NCBI GenBank assembly: GCA_026770705.1
Contig: JANJGN010000016.1
Coordinates: forward strand, 85,746,001 to 85,810,000
DNA from: Isurus oxyrinchus
Lineage: Eukaryota
Reading direction: 5' to 3'
DNA length: 64,000 nt
Shown: positions 15,001 to 28,000 of the stretch, one piece after another
How the letters are laid out: each line of letters starts with the position of its first letter
Numbering within the stretch: the first letter of the stretch is position 1
Program-made: the position numbers and the translations under genes
The notes under the pieces: model-generated
Told to the model about the DNA's origin: nothing
The model's input: the letters and a program-made list of their open reading frames with translations, nothing else
Database searches by the model: none

Positions 15001-16050
15001 GGTGTAGAGTGTCAGGCAATGGTGAGGGTGTAGAGTGTCAGGCAATGGGCGAGGGTATAGAGTGTCAGGCAATGGGCGAGGGTGTAGAGTGTCAGGCAAT
15101 GGGCGAGGGTGTAGAGTGTCAGGCAATGGGCGAGGGATTAGATTGTCAGGCACTGGGGTGAAGGTGTAGAGTGTCAGGCACTGGGCGAGGGTGTAGAGTG
15201 TCAGACAAGTGGGTGAGAGTGTTGGAAGGCAGGCAAGTGGGTGAGGGGCAAGAGTGGCAGGCAATGTGTGAGGGTGTAGAGTGAGGCAAGTGGGTGAGGG
15301 TGTAGAGTGTCAGACAATGGGCGAGGGTGTATAGTGTCATGCAATGGGCGAGGTTGTATAGTGTCAGGCAATGGGCGAGGGTGTAGAGTGTCAGACAATG
15401 GGTGAGGGTGTAGAGTGTCAGGCAATGGGCGAGGGTGTAGAGTGTCAGGCAATGGGCGAGGGTGTAGAGTGTCAGGCAATGGGCGAGGGTGTAGAGTGTC
15501 AGGCAATGGGCGAGGGTGTAGAGTGTCAAGCAATGGGCGAGGGTGTAAAGTGTCAGGCAATGGGCGAGGGTGTAGAGTGTCAGACAAGTCGGTGAGGGTG
15601 TAGGAAGGCAGGCAAGTGGGTGAGGGGTAAGTGTGGCAGGCAAGTGGGCGAGGGTGTAGAGTGTCAGGCAATTGGCGAGGGTGTAGATTGTCAGGCAGTG
15701 GGTGAGGGTGAAGAGTGTCAGGCAATGGGCGAGGGTGTAGAGTGTCAGGCAATGGGCGAGGGTGTATAGCGTCATGCAATGGGAGAGGTTGTATAGTGTC
15801 AGGCAATGGGCAATGGTGTAGAGTGGCATGCAATGGGCGAGGGTGTAGAGTGTCAGGCAATGGGCAAGGGTGTAGAGTGTCAGGCAATGGGCGAGGTTAT
15901 GGAGTGTCAGGCAATGGGCGAGGGTGTAGAGTGTCAGGCAATGGACGAGTGTGTAGAGTGTCAGGCAATGGGCGAGGGTGTAGAGTGTCAGGCAATGGGC
16001 GAGGGTGTAGAGTGTCAGTCAATGGGCGAGGGTGTAGAGTGTCAGGCAAG
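1..16050 (+). repeat. G-rich satellite, homogeneous layer; dominant 27-bp unit GTCAGGCAATGGGCGAGGGTGTAGAGT with higher-order repeats; runs off the left edge of the window
   Basis: Hundreds of near-identical 27-mers interspersed with variant 23-28-bp monomers. Landmark blocks recur at offsets of 353, 407, 2113-2114, 3446 and 6131 bp (from repeated ORF-track entries, e.g. 96/3542/5655; 1696/7827; 11271/13385). Confidence 0.97.
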
Positions 16051-19000
16051 TGGGTGAGGGAGTAGGAAGGCAAGCAAGTGGGTGAGGGGTAAGAGTGGCT
16101 GGCAAGTGGACAAGCATGTCGAGTGAGGCAAGTGGGCGAGGGTGTAGAGCGTCAGGCAAGTGGGCGAGGGTGTAGAGCATCAGACAAGTGGGCGAGGGTG
16201 TAGAGCGTCAGGCAAGTGGGCGAGGGTGTAGAGCGTCAGACAAGTGGGCGAGGGGGCAGAGTGGCCGGCAAGTCGGTTTAGGGGCTAGTGCTTCAAGTAA
16301 GCAGGTTAGGGAGTAAGGTGGCATGCAAGTGGCTGAGGGGCTAGAATGGCAGGCTGGTGGGAGAGTGCGTAGAATGTCAGCCAAATATGTGAGGGGATAG
16401 GATTTCAGGTAAGTGGGTGACGGGGTAGGGTAGCAGGCAAGTGGATGAGGGGGTAGAGTGGCAGGCAAGTGGCAGAATGGATAGAGTGGGGGGTAAGTGG
16501 GTGAGGGGGAGGTGTGGCAGGCAAGTGGGTGTGGGGGGCGAGTGTCAGGCAAGTTGGCGAGCGGGTGGAGTGGAAAGTAAGTGGGCGAGGGGCCAGGGTG
16601 GCACAGAGGTGGGTGAGTGGGTAGAGTGGGAGGTAGGTTGTTGAAGGGGTAGAGTGGTAGGTAAATTGTCGAGCCTGCCGGGTGTCAGGCAAGTCGTTAA
16701 GGGGGTAGAGTGTCAGCCAAGTGGGTGTGGGGGTAGGGTGTCAAGCAAGTGGTTGAGAGGTATGGTGGCCGTAAAGTGAGCGAGGGGATAGAATGGCAGG
16801 GAAGTGGGTGAATGTGTAGGGTGGCAGGCAAGTGGGAGACGGGGTAGAATGGTAGGCAAATGTGTAAGGGTGTAGAGTTACAGGTAAGAGGGTGAGGGGG
16901 TAGAGTGTAAGAGAAGTGGGTGAGGGGGCAGAGTGTCAGTCAAGTGGGTGAGGGGGCAGAGTGTTAGGTAAATGGGTGAGGGGGCAGAGGGTCAGGTAAG
17001 TGGGTGAGGGGGTAGGGTGACAGGCAAGTGGGTGAGGGGGAAGCGTGTCAGGCAAATGATTGAGACGCTAGTGTGGCAGGCAGTTGGTTGAGGGGCTACG
17101 GTGGCCGGCAAGTGTGTGAGGGGATAGAATGGCGGGCAAATGTATGAGGGGGTAGGATTTCCAGTAAATGTGTGAGGGAGTAGAGTACCAGTCAAGTGGT
17201 GAGGTGGTTGAGTTTCAGGCAAGTGGATGAGGGGGTAGGGTGGCAGGCAAGTGGGAGAATGGATAGAGTGGCAAGTAAGCGGGTGAGTGGTTGTAGTGGC
17301 AGGCAAGTAGCTGAGGGAGTAGAGTGGCAAGTAGGTGAGGAGGTAGAGTGGCAAGTAGGTGGGTTGGGGGTAGAGTGTCAGGTAAGTGGTCGAGGGGTTA
17401 TAATCTCAAATAAGTGGGCAAGGGGGTAGGGTGGCAGGCAAAGGGTAATTGGATAGTGTCGGGCAAGTGGGTAAGGGGGTAGGGTGTCAGGTGAGTGGAT
17501 GGGGAGTACAGTATCAGGTAAGTGGGTGAGGGGATAGAGTGTCAGGTAAGTGGGTGAGGGGGTAGATTGTCAGGTAATTGGGTGAGGGGGTAGATTGTCA
17601 AGTAAGTGGGTGAGGGGTTAGAGTGTCAGGTAAGTAGATGAGTGTGTAGAGTTCAGCTATATGGGTGAGGGGGTAGGTTGACAGGCAAGTGGGTGTGCGG
17701 GTAGAGTGTCAGAGAAGTGGGTGAGAGGGTAGGGTGGCAGGCAAGTGAATGAGTGTGTGGGGTGGCAGGCAAGTTGGTGAGGGGTTAGAGTGAAAGGCAG
17801 GTGGTTGAGTGGTTATTGTGGCAGGCAAGTGGGTGAAAGGTTTGAGGGACAGGTAAATTGTTGAGGTGGTAGGGTGGCAGGCAAGTGGGTGAGGGGGTAG
17901 AGTGTCAAGTAAGTGGGCAAGGGGGTAGAGTGTCAGGCAACTGGGCAAGGGGGTAGAGTGTCAGGTAAGTGGGTGAGGGTGTAGAGTGTCAGGTAAGTGG
18001 GTGAGGGGGTAGAGTGTCAGGTAAGTGGGTGAGGGTGTAGAGTGTCAGGTAAGTGGATGAGAGGGTAGACTGTCACGTAAGTGGGTGAGGGGTAGAGTGT
18101 CAGGTAAGTGGATGAGGGGATAGAATTCAGGTAAATGGATGAGCGGGTAGGTTGACAGGCAAGTGAGTGAGCAGGTAGAGTGTCAGGTAAGTGAGTGAGA
18201 GGGTAGAGTGTCAGTAAAGTGGGTGAGGGGGTAGAGTGTCAGGTAAGTGGGTGAGGGGGTAGAGTGTCAGGTAAGTGGGTGAGGGTGTAGAGTGTCAGTT
18301 AAGTGGGTGAGGGTGTAGAGTGTCAGGGAAGTGGGTGAGGGTGGAGAGTGCCAGGGAAGTGGGTGAGGGTGTAGAGTGTCAGGGAAGTGGGTGAGGGGGT
18401 AGAGTGTCAGTCAAGTGGGTGAGGGGGTAGAGTGTCAGGTAAGTGGGTGAGGGGGTAGAGTGTCAGGGAAGTGGGTGAGGGTGTAGAGTGTCAGTTAAGT
18501 GGGTGAGGGTGGAGAGTGTCAGGGAAGTGGGTGAGGGTGGAGAGTGTCAGGGAAGTGGGTGAGGGTGTAGAGTGTCAGGGAAGTGGGTGAGGGTGTAGAG
18601 TGTCAGGGAAGTGGGTGAGGGGGTAGAGTATCAGGTAAGTGGGTGAGGGGGTAGAGTGTCACGTAAGTGGGTGAGGGGGTAGAGTGTCAGGTAGGTGGGT
18701 GAGGGGGTAGAGTGTCAGGTAAGTGGGTGAGGGGTTAGAGTGTCAGGTAAGTGGATGAGGGGATAGAATTCAGGTAAATGGATGAGCGGGTAGGTTGACA
18801 GGCAAGTGAGTGAGCAGGTAGAGTGTCAGGTAAGTGGGTGAGAGGGTAGTGTGTCAGTAAAGTGGGTGAGGGGATAGAGCATCAGTCAAGTGGGTGAGGG
18901 GGTAGAGTGTCAGGTAAGTGGTTGAGGGGGTAGAGTGTCAGGTAAGTGGGTGAGGAGGTATAGTGTCAGGCAAGTGGGTGAGGGGGTAGAGTGTCAGGTA

Positions 19001-22000
19001 AGTGGGTGAGGGTGTAGAGTGTCAGGTAAGTGGGTGAGGGGATAGAGTACCGGTAAATGGATGAGTGGGTATGTTGACAGGCAAGTGGGTGGGCAGGTAG
19101 AGTATCAGGGAATTGGGTGAGAGGGTAGGATGGCAGGCAAGTGAGTGAGTGAATGGGGTGGCAGGCATGTAGTTGGTGGGTTATTGTGTCAGGTAAGTGG
19201 TCGAGGGGATAGGGTGGCAGACAAGTGGGTGAGGGAGTAGGGTGGCAGTTAAATTGGTGAAGGGTTAGAGTGAAAGGCAAGTGGGTGAGTGGTTATTGTG
19301 GCAGGCAAGTGGGTGAAAGGTTTGAGTGACAGGTAAGTGGGTGAAGTGGTAGGGTGGCAGGCAAGTGGTCGAGGGGTAGAGTGTCAGGTAAGTTGGTGAG
19401 GGGCTAGAGTGTCAGGTAAGTGGGTGAGGGGGTAGGGTTTCAGGTAAGTGGGTGAGGGTGTAGAGTGTCAGGGAAGTGAGTGAGGGTGTAGAGTGTCAGG
19501 GAAGTGGGTGAGGGTGTAGAGTGTCAGGTAAGTGAGTGAGGGGGTAGAGTGTCAGGTAAGTGGGTGTGAGTGTAGAGTGTCAGGGAAGTGGGTGAGAGGG
19601 TAGGGTGGCAAGCAAGTGAGTGAGTGAATGGGGTGGCAGGCATGTAGTCTGGGGGTTATTGTGTCAGGTAAGTGGTCGAGGGGGTAGGGTGGCAGACAAG
19701 TGGGTGAGGAGGTATAGTGTCAGGCAAGTGGGTGAGGGAGTAGGGTCAAGTTGGTGAAGGGTTAGAGTGAAAGGCAAGTGGGTGATTGGTTATTGTGGCA
19801 GGCAAGTGGGTGAAAGGTTTGAGTGACAGGTAAGTGGGTGAGGTGGTAGGGTGGCAGGCAAGTGGTCGAGGGGTAGGTTGTCAGGTAAGTTGATGAGGGG
19901 CTAGAGTGTCAGGTAAGTTGGTGAGGGGGTAGAGTGTCACGTAAGTGGGTGAGGGGGTAGAGTGTCAGGTGGGTGGGTGAGGGTGTAGAGTGTCAGGTAG
20001 GTGGGTGAGGGGGTAGATTGTCAGGTAGGTGGGTGAGGGGTTAGAGTGTCAGGTAAGTGGGTGAGGTGGTAGAGTGTCTGGTAAGTGGATGAGGGGATAG
20101 AATTCAGATAAATGGATGAGCGGGTAGGTTGACAGGCAAGTGAGTGAGCAGGTAGAGTGTCAGGTAAGTGGGTGAGAGGCCAGAGTGTCAGTAAAGTGGT
20201 TGAGGGGATAGAGTATCAGTCAAGTGGGTAAGGGGGAACAGTGTCAGGTAAGTGGGTGAGGGGGTAGAGTGTCAGGGAAATGGGTGAGGGGGTAGCATGG
20301 CAGGAAAGTGGGTGAAGGGATAGGGTGGCAGGCAAGTGGGTGAGGGGTAGGGTGTCACACACGTAGGTGAGGGCATAGCATGGCAGGTAAGTGGGTGAGG
20401 AGATAGGGTGGCAGGCAAAGGGGTGAGGGGTTAGATTATCAGGTAAGTTGTTGAGGGTTTACAGTATCAGGTAAGTGAGTGAGGGGATAGGGTGGCAGGA
20501 AAGTAGGTGAGGGGGTAGGGTTGCAAACAAGTTGCTGAGTGGGTAAAGTGTCAGTTAAGTGGGTGAGGGGTTAGAGTATCCGGTAAGTGCTTGAGGAGGT
20601 AGAGGATCAGGTAAGTTGGTGAGGGGGTAGAGTATCAGGTAGGCCGGTGAGGGGGGTAGAGTGTACGTTAAGTGGGAAAATGGGTAGAGTGTCAGGCAAG
20701 TTGTTGAGGGGATACAGTATCTCAATAAGTAGGCGAGGGTGTGGGGTGGCATGAATGTGGATGCAGGGGTAGAGTGTCAGGTAAGTTGGTGAGTGCGTAG
20801 ATGTCAAGAAAATATGTGAGGAACTGGGTATTAGGCATGTGGGTGAGGGGTGGATTGTTAGGTATGTGGGTGAGGGGGTAGGGTGGCAAATAAGTTGGTG
20901 AAGTGGTAGGGTGGAAAATAAGTGGGCAAATGGATAGAGTGTCATGTAAGTGGGTGAGGGGTTGAGTGTCAGGTAAGTAGGTGAGGGGGTAGATTGTCAG
21001 GTAAGTGGATGACTGGTTAGAGTATCAGGTAAGTGTGTGAGGGGGTAGATGTCATGAAAATGTGTGAGGAAGTAGGGTATCAGGCACGTGGGTGGGGGTA
21101 GATTGTTAGATAAGTGGGTGAGGGTGTAGGTGGCAAATAAGTGGGCAAAGGAATAGGGTGTCAGTTAAGTAGGTGAAGGGGTAGAGTGTCAGGTAATTGG
21201 GTGAGGGGGTAGATTGTCAAGTAAGCGGGCAAAGAGTTAGAGTGTCAGGTAAGTGGGTGAGGGGGTTGAGTGTCAGGTAATGGGTGAGAGGGTAGAGTGT
21301 CAGGTAATTGGGTGAGGGGGTCGAGTGTCAGGTAAGTGGGCAAGGAGGTAGAGTGTCAGGTAAGTGGGTGAGAGGGTAGAGTGTCAGGTAATTGGGCGAG
21401 GGGGTAGAGTGACAGTTACGAGGGTGAGGGGGTAGAGTATCAGTTAAGTGGGTGAGAGGATAGAGTGTCAGGTTAGTGGGCGAGGGTGTAGAGTGACAGG
21501 TAAGTGGGTGTGAGGGTAGAGTGACAGGGAAGTGAGTTGAGGGGGTAGAGTGTCAGGTAAGTGGGTGAGGGGGTAGAGTGTCAGGTAAGTGGGAGAGTAC
21601 CTAGAGCATCAGGTAGTTGAATGAGAGGGTAAAGTGTCAGGTAAGTGGGTGAGAGGGTAGAGTGTCAGGTAAGTGGATGAGAGGGTAAAGTGTCAGGTAA
21701 GTGGGTGAGGGGGTAGAGTGTCAGATAAGTGGGCGAGGGGGTAGAGTGTCAGGTAAGTGGGTGAGAGGGTAGAGCGTCAGTTAAGTGAGTGAGCGGTTAG
21801 AGTGTCAGGCAAGTGGGTGAGCGGGTAGCATGAGAGGTTAGGGAGTGATTGGGTAGTGTGGCAGGTAAGTGGGTGAGGGGGTAAATGGCAGGCAAGTGGG
21901 TGAGGGGGTGGGGTGGCAGTCAATTGGATGAGGGTGTAGAGTGTCAGGCAAGGGGGTGAAGGGGTAGAGTGTCAAGTAAGTGGGTGAGGGGGTAGAATGT

Positions 22001-25000
22001 CAGGTAAGTGGGTGAGGAGCTAGAGTGTCAGGTAGGTGGGTGAAGTGGTAGAGTCAGGTAATTGGGCAAGGAGGTAGCGTGAGAGGTTAGGGAGTGATGG
22101 GGTAGAGAGTCAGGTAAGTGGGTAAGGCGATAGGGTGGCAGGTAAGTGGGTGAGGGCTTAGAGTGTCAGGTAAGTGGGTGGGGGGTTAGGGTGGCAGTCA
22201 AGTGAGTAAGGGGGTAGGGTGGCAGGTAAGTGGGTGAGGGGGAGAATTTTCAGTCAAGTGGGTGAGGGGATAGTTTGTCGAGTAATTGGGTGAGGTGGTA
22301 GAGTGTCAGGTAGGTGGGTGAGGGGGATAGGGCAGCAGGGAAATGTGTGAGCGGCTAGGGTGTCAGGCAAGTGGGTGAGGAGGTAGGGTAGCAGGCAGGA
22401 GGGTGAGGAGATAGTGTGGCACGCATGTGGGTAAGTGGGTAGAGTGCAATCAAGTGTGCAAGGGGTTAGAGTGGCGGGTAAGTGGGTGAGGGGTTAGAGT
22501 GTCAGGCAAGTGAGTAAGGGGGTATAGTGTCAGGCAATTGGGTGAGAAGGCAGAGTGTCAGGCAAGTGGTAGAGAGGGTAGAGTATCATGTAAGTGTGTG
22601 AGAGTGTAGGGCAGCAGGCAAGTGGGTGAGGGTGTAGCATGGCAGGAAAGTGGGTGAGGGGATAGGGTGGCAGGCAAGTGGGTGAGGGGATAGGGTGGCA
22701 GGCAAGTGGGTGTGGGGATAGGGTGGCAGGGAAGTGGGTGAGGGGTAGGGTGTCACACACGTAGGTGAGGGCATAGCATGGCAGGTAAGTGGGTGAGGAG
22801 ATAGGGTGGCAGGCAAAGGGGTGAGGGGTTAGATTATCAGGTAAGTTGTTGAGGGTTTACAGTATCAGGTAAGTGAGTGAGGGGATAGGGTGGCAGGAAA
22901 GTAGGTGAGGGGGTAGGGTTGCAAACAAGTTGCTGAGTGGGTAAAGTGTCAGTTAAGTGGGTGAGGGGGTAGAGTATCCGGTAAGTGCTTGAGGAGGTAG
23001 AGGATCAGGTAAGTGGGTGAGGGGGCTGGGTTTCAGGTTAGTGGGTGAGGGGGTAGGGTGTCAATTAAATGGGCGACGGGGTAGGATGGGAGGTACATGC
23101 GTGAGGGTGTATATTGTCATGTAAGTGGGTGAGGGGTTAGAGTATCCGGTAAGTGCTTGAGGAGGTAGAGGATCAGGTAAGTTGGTGAGGGGATAGAGTA
23201 TCAGGTAGGCCGGTGAGGGGGGTAGAGTGTACGTTAAGTGGGAAAATGGGTAGAGTGTCAGGCAAGTTGTTGAGGGGATACAGTATCTCAATAAGTAGGC
23301 GAGGGTGTGGGGTGGCATGAATGTGGATGCAGGGGTAGAGTGTCAGGTAAGTTGGTGAGGGCGTAGATGTCAAGAAAATATGTGAGGAACTGGGTATTAG
23401 GCATGTGGGTGAGGGGTGGATTGTTAGGTATGTGGGTGAGGGGGTAGGGTGGCAAATAAGTTGGTGAAGTGGTAGGGTGGAAAATAAGTGGGCAAATGGA
23501 TAGAGTGTCATGTAAGTGGGTGAGGGGTTGAGTGTCAGGTAAGTAGGTGAGGGGGTAGATTGTCAGGTAAGTGGATGACTGGTTAGAGTATCAGGTAAGT
23601 GTGTGAGGGGGTAGATGTCATGAAAATGTGTGAGGAAGTAGGGTATCAGGCACGTGGGTGGGGGTAGATTGTTAGATAAGTGGGTGAGGGTGTAGGTGGC
23701 AAATAAGTGGGCAAAGGGATAGGGTGTCAGTTAAGTAGGTGAAGTGGTAGAGTGTCAGGTAAGTGGGTGAGGGGGTTGAGTGTCAGGAAAGTGGGTGAGA
23801 GGTTAGAGTGTCAGGTAACTGGGTGAGGGGGTTGAGTGTCAGATAAGTGGGTGAGGGGGTAGAGTGTCAGTTAAGTAGGTGAAGGGGTAGAGTGTCAGGT
23901 AATTGGGTGAGGGGGTTGAGTGTCAGGAAAGTGGGTGAGAGGTTAGAGTGTCAGGTAATTGGGTGAGGGGGTAGAGTGTCAGGTAAGTGGGTGAGGAGGT
24001 AGAGTGTCAGGTAAGTGGGTGAGGGGGTTGAGTGCCAGATAAGTGGGTGAGGGGGTAGAGTGTCAGGTAATTGGGTGAGGGGGTCGAGTGTCAAGTAAGT
24101 GGGCAAGGAGGTAGAGTGTCAGGTAATTGGGTGAGGGGGTTGAGTGTCAGGAAAGTGGGTGAGAGGGTAGAGCGTCAGGTAAGTGGGTGAGGGGGTAGTG
24201 TGTCAGGTAATTGGGTGAGGGGGTTGAGTGTCAGGAAAGTGGGTGAGAGGGTAGAGCGTCAGGTAAGTGAGTGAGAGGTTAGAGTGTCAGGCAAGTGGGT
24301 GAGGGGTTAGAGTGTCAGGCAAGTGGGTGAGGTGGTAGCGTGAGAGGTTAGGGAGTGATGGGGTAGTGTGGCTGGTAAGTGGGTGAGGGGGTAGAATGGC
24401 AGGCAAGTGGGTGAGGGGGTGGGGTGGCAGGTAGGTGGGTGAAGTGGTAGAGTCAGGTAATTGGGCGAGGAGGTAGCGTGAGAGGTTAGGGAGTGATGGG
24501 GTAGAGTGTCAGGTAAGTGGGTGAGGCGATAGGGTGGCAGGCAAGTGGGTGAGGGCTTAGAGTGTCAGGTAAGTGGGTGGGGTTTAGGGTGGCAGTCAAG
24601 TGAGTAAGGGGTTAGGGTGGCAGGTAAATGGGTGAGGGGGAGAATTTTCAGGCAAGTGGGTGAGGGGATAGTGTGTCGAGTAAGTGGGTGAGGTGGTAGA
24701 GTGTCAGGTAGGTGGGTGAGGGGGGTAGGGCAGCAGGGAAATGTGTGAGCGCCTAGGGTGTCAGGCAAGTGGGTGAGGAGGTAGGGTAGCAGGCAGGAGG
24801 GTGAGGAGGTAGTGTGGCACGCATGTGCGTAAGTGGGTAGAGTGGCAATCAAGTGTGCAAGGGGTTAGAGTGGCAGGTAAGTGGGTGAGGGGTTAGAGTG
24901 TCAGGCAAGTGAGTAAGGGGGTATAGTGTCAGGCAATTGGGTGAGAAGGCAGAGTGTCAGGCAAGTGGTAGAGAGGGTAGAGTATCAGGTAAGTGTGTGA

Positions 25001-28000
25001 GAGTGTAGGGCGGCAGGCAAGTGGGTGAGGGTGTAGCATGGCAGGAAAGTGGGTGAGGGGATAGGGTGGCAGGAAAGTAGGTGAGGGGGTAGGGTTGCAA
25101 ACAAGTTGCTGAGTGGGTAAAGTGTCAGTTAAGTGGGTGAGGGGGTCGAGTATCCGGTAAGTGCTTGAGGAGGTAGAGGATCAGGTAAGTTGGTGAGGGC
25201 TTAGAGTATCAGGTAAGTGGGTGAGGGGGCTGGGTGTCAGGTTAGTGGGTGAGGGGGTAGGGTGTCAATTAAATGGGCGACGGGGTAGGATGGGAGGTAC
25301 ATGCGTGAGGGGGTATATTGTCATGTAAGTGGGTGAGGGGGTAGAGTATAAGGTAGGCCGGTGAGGGGGGTAGAGTGTACGTTAAGTGGGAAAATGGGTA
25401 GAGTGTCAGGCAAGTTGTTGAGGGGATACAGTATCTCAATAAGTAGGCGAGGGTGTGGGGTGGCATGAATGTGGATGCAGGGGTAGAGTGTCAGGTAAGT
25501 TGGTGAGGGCGTAGATGTCAAGAAAATATGTGAGGAACTGGGTATTAGGCATGTGGGTGAGGGGTGGATTGTTAGGGATGTGGGTGAGGGGGTAGGGTGG
25601 CAAATAAGTTGGTGAAGTGGTAGGGTGGAAAATAAGTGGGCAAATGGATAGAGTGTCATGTAAGTGGGTGAGGGGTTGAGTGTCAGGTAAGTAGGTGAGG
25701 GGGTAGATTGTCAGGTAAGTGGATGACTGGTTAGAGTATCAGGTAAGTGTGTGAGGGGGTAGATGTCATGAAAATGTGTGAGGAAGTAGGGTATCAGGCA
25801 CGTGGGTGGGGGTAGATTGTTAGATAAGTGGGTGAGGGTGTAGGTGGCAAATAAGTGGGCAAAGGGATAGGGTGTCAGTTAAGTAGGTGAAGGGGTAGAG
25901 TGTCAGGTAATTGGGTGAGGGGGCTGAGTGTCAGTTAAGTAGGTGAAGTGGTAGAGTGTCAGGTAAGTGGGTGAGGGGGTAGATTGTCAAGTAAGCGGGC
26001 AAAGAGTTAGAGTGTCAGGTAAGTGGGTGAGGGGGTAGAGTATCAGGTAAGTGGGTGAGGGGGTAGAGTATCAGGTAAGTGGGTGAGGGGGTAGAGTGTC
26101 AGGTAAGTGGGTGAGGGGGTCGAGTGTCAGGTAATTGGGTGAGGGGGTCGAGTGTCAGGTAAGTGGGTGAGGGGGTCGAGTGTCAGATAAGTGGGTGAGG
26201 GGGTCGAGTGTCAGGTAAGTGGGTGAGGGGGTCGAGTGTCAGGTAAGTGGGCAAGGAGGTAGAGTGTCAGGTAAGTGGGTGAGGAGGTAGAGTGTCAGGT
26301 AAGTGGGTGAGGGGGTAGTGTGTCAGGTAATTGGGTGAGGGGGTTGAGTGTCAGGTAAGTGGGTGAGGGGGTAGAGTGTCAGGTAATTGGGTGAGGGGGT
26401 AGAGTGTCAGGTAAGTGGGTGAGGAGGTAGAGTGTCAGGCAAGTGGGCGAGTGCGTAGAGTGACAGGTAAGTGGGTGAGGGGGGTAGAGTGTCAGGTAAG
26501 TGGGCGAGGGGGTAGAGTGTCAGATAAGTGGGCGAGTGCGTAGAGTGACAGGTAAGTGGGTGAGGGGGTAGAGTGTCAGGCAAGTGGGAGAGTAGCTAGA
26601 GCATCAGGTATTTGAATGAGAGGGTAGAGTGTCAGGTAAGTGGGTGAGAGGGTAGAGTGTCAGGCAAGTGGGTGAGGGGGGTAGCGTGAGAGGTTAGGGA
26701 GTGATGGGGTATTGTGGCAGGTAAGTGGGTGAGGGGGTGGTGTGGCAGTCAATTGGATGAGGGTGTAGAGTGTCAGGCAAGGGGGTGAAGGGGTAGAGTG
26801 TCAAGTAAGTGGGTGAGGGGGTAGAATGTCAGGTAAGTGGGTGAGGAGCTAGAGTGTCAGGTAGGTGGGTGAAGTGGTAGAGTCAGGTAATTGGGCGAGG
26901 AGGTAGCGTGAGAGGTTAGGGAGTGATGGGGTAGAGTGTCAGGTCAGTGGGTAAGGCGATAGGGTGGCAGGTAAGTGGGTGAGGGCTTAGAGTGTCAGGT
27001 AAGTGGGTGGGGGGTTAGGGTGGCAGTCAAGTGAGTAAGGGGGTAGGGTGGCAGGTAAGTGGGTGAGGGGGAGAATTTTCAGTCAAGTGGGTGTGGGGAT
27101 AGTTTGTCGAGTAATTGGGTGAGGTGGTAGAGTGTCAGGTAGGTGGGTGAGGGTGTAGGGCAGCAGGGAAATGTGTGAGCGGCTAGGGTGTCAGGCAAGT
27201 GGGTGAGGAGGTAGGGTAGCAGGCAGGAGGGTGAGGAGATAGTGTGGCACGCATGTGCGTAAGTGGGTAGAGTGTCAGTCAAGTGTGCAAGGGGTTAGAG
27301 TGGCGGGTAAGTGGGTGAGGGGATAGGGTGGCAGGCAAGTGGGTGAGGGGTAGGGTGTCACACACGTAGGTGAGGGCATAGCATGGCAGGTAAGTGGGTG
27401 AGGAGATAGGGTGGCAGGCAAAGGGGTGAGGGGTTAGATTATCAGGTAAGTTGTTGAGGGTTTACAGTATCGGGTAAGTGAGTGAGGGATTAGGGTGGCA
27501 GGAAAGTAGGTGAGGGGGTAGGGTTGCAAACAAGTTGCTGAGTGGGTAAAGTGTCAGTTAAGTGGGTGAGGGGGTAGAGTATCCGGTAAGTGCTTGAGGA
27601 GGTAGAGGATCAGGTAAGTTGGTGAGGGGGTAGAGTATCAGGTAGGCCGGTGAGGGGGGTAGAGTATCCGTTAAGTGGGAAAATGGGTAGAGTGTCAGGC
27701 AAGTTGTTGAGGGGGTACAGTATCTCAATAAGTAGGCGAGGGTGTGGGGTGGCATGAATGTGGATGCAGGGGTAGAGTGTCAGGTAAGTTGGTGAGTGCG
27801 TAGATGTCAAGAAAATATGTGAGGAACTGGGTATTAGGCATGTGGGTGAGGGGTGGATTGTTAGGTATGTGGGTGAGGGGGTAGGGTGGCAAATAAGTTG
27901 GTGAAGTGGTAGGGTGGAAAATAAGTGGGCAAATGGATAGAGTGTCATGTAAGTGGGTGAGGGGTTGAGTGTCAGGTAAGTAGGTGAGGGGGTAGATTGT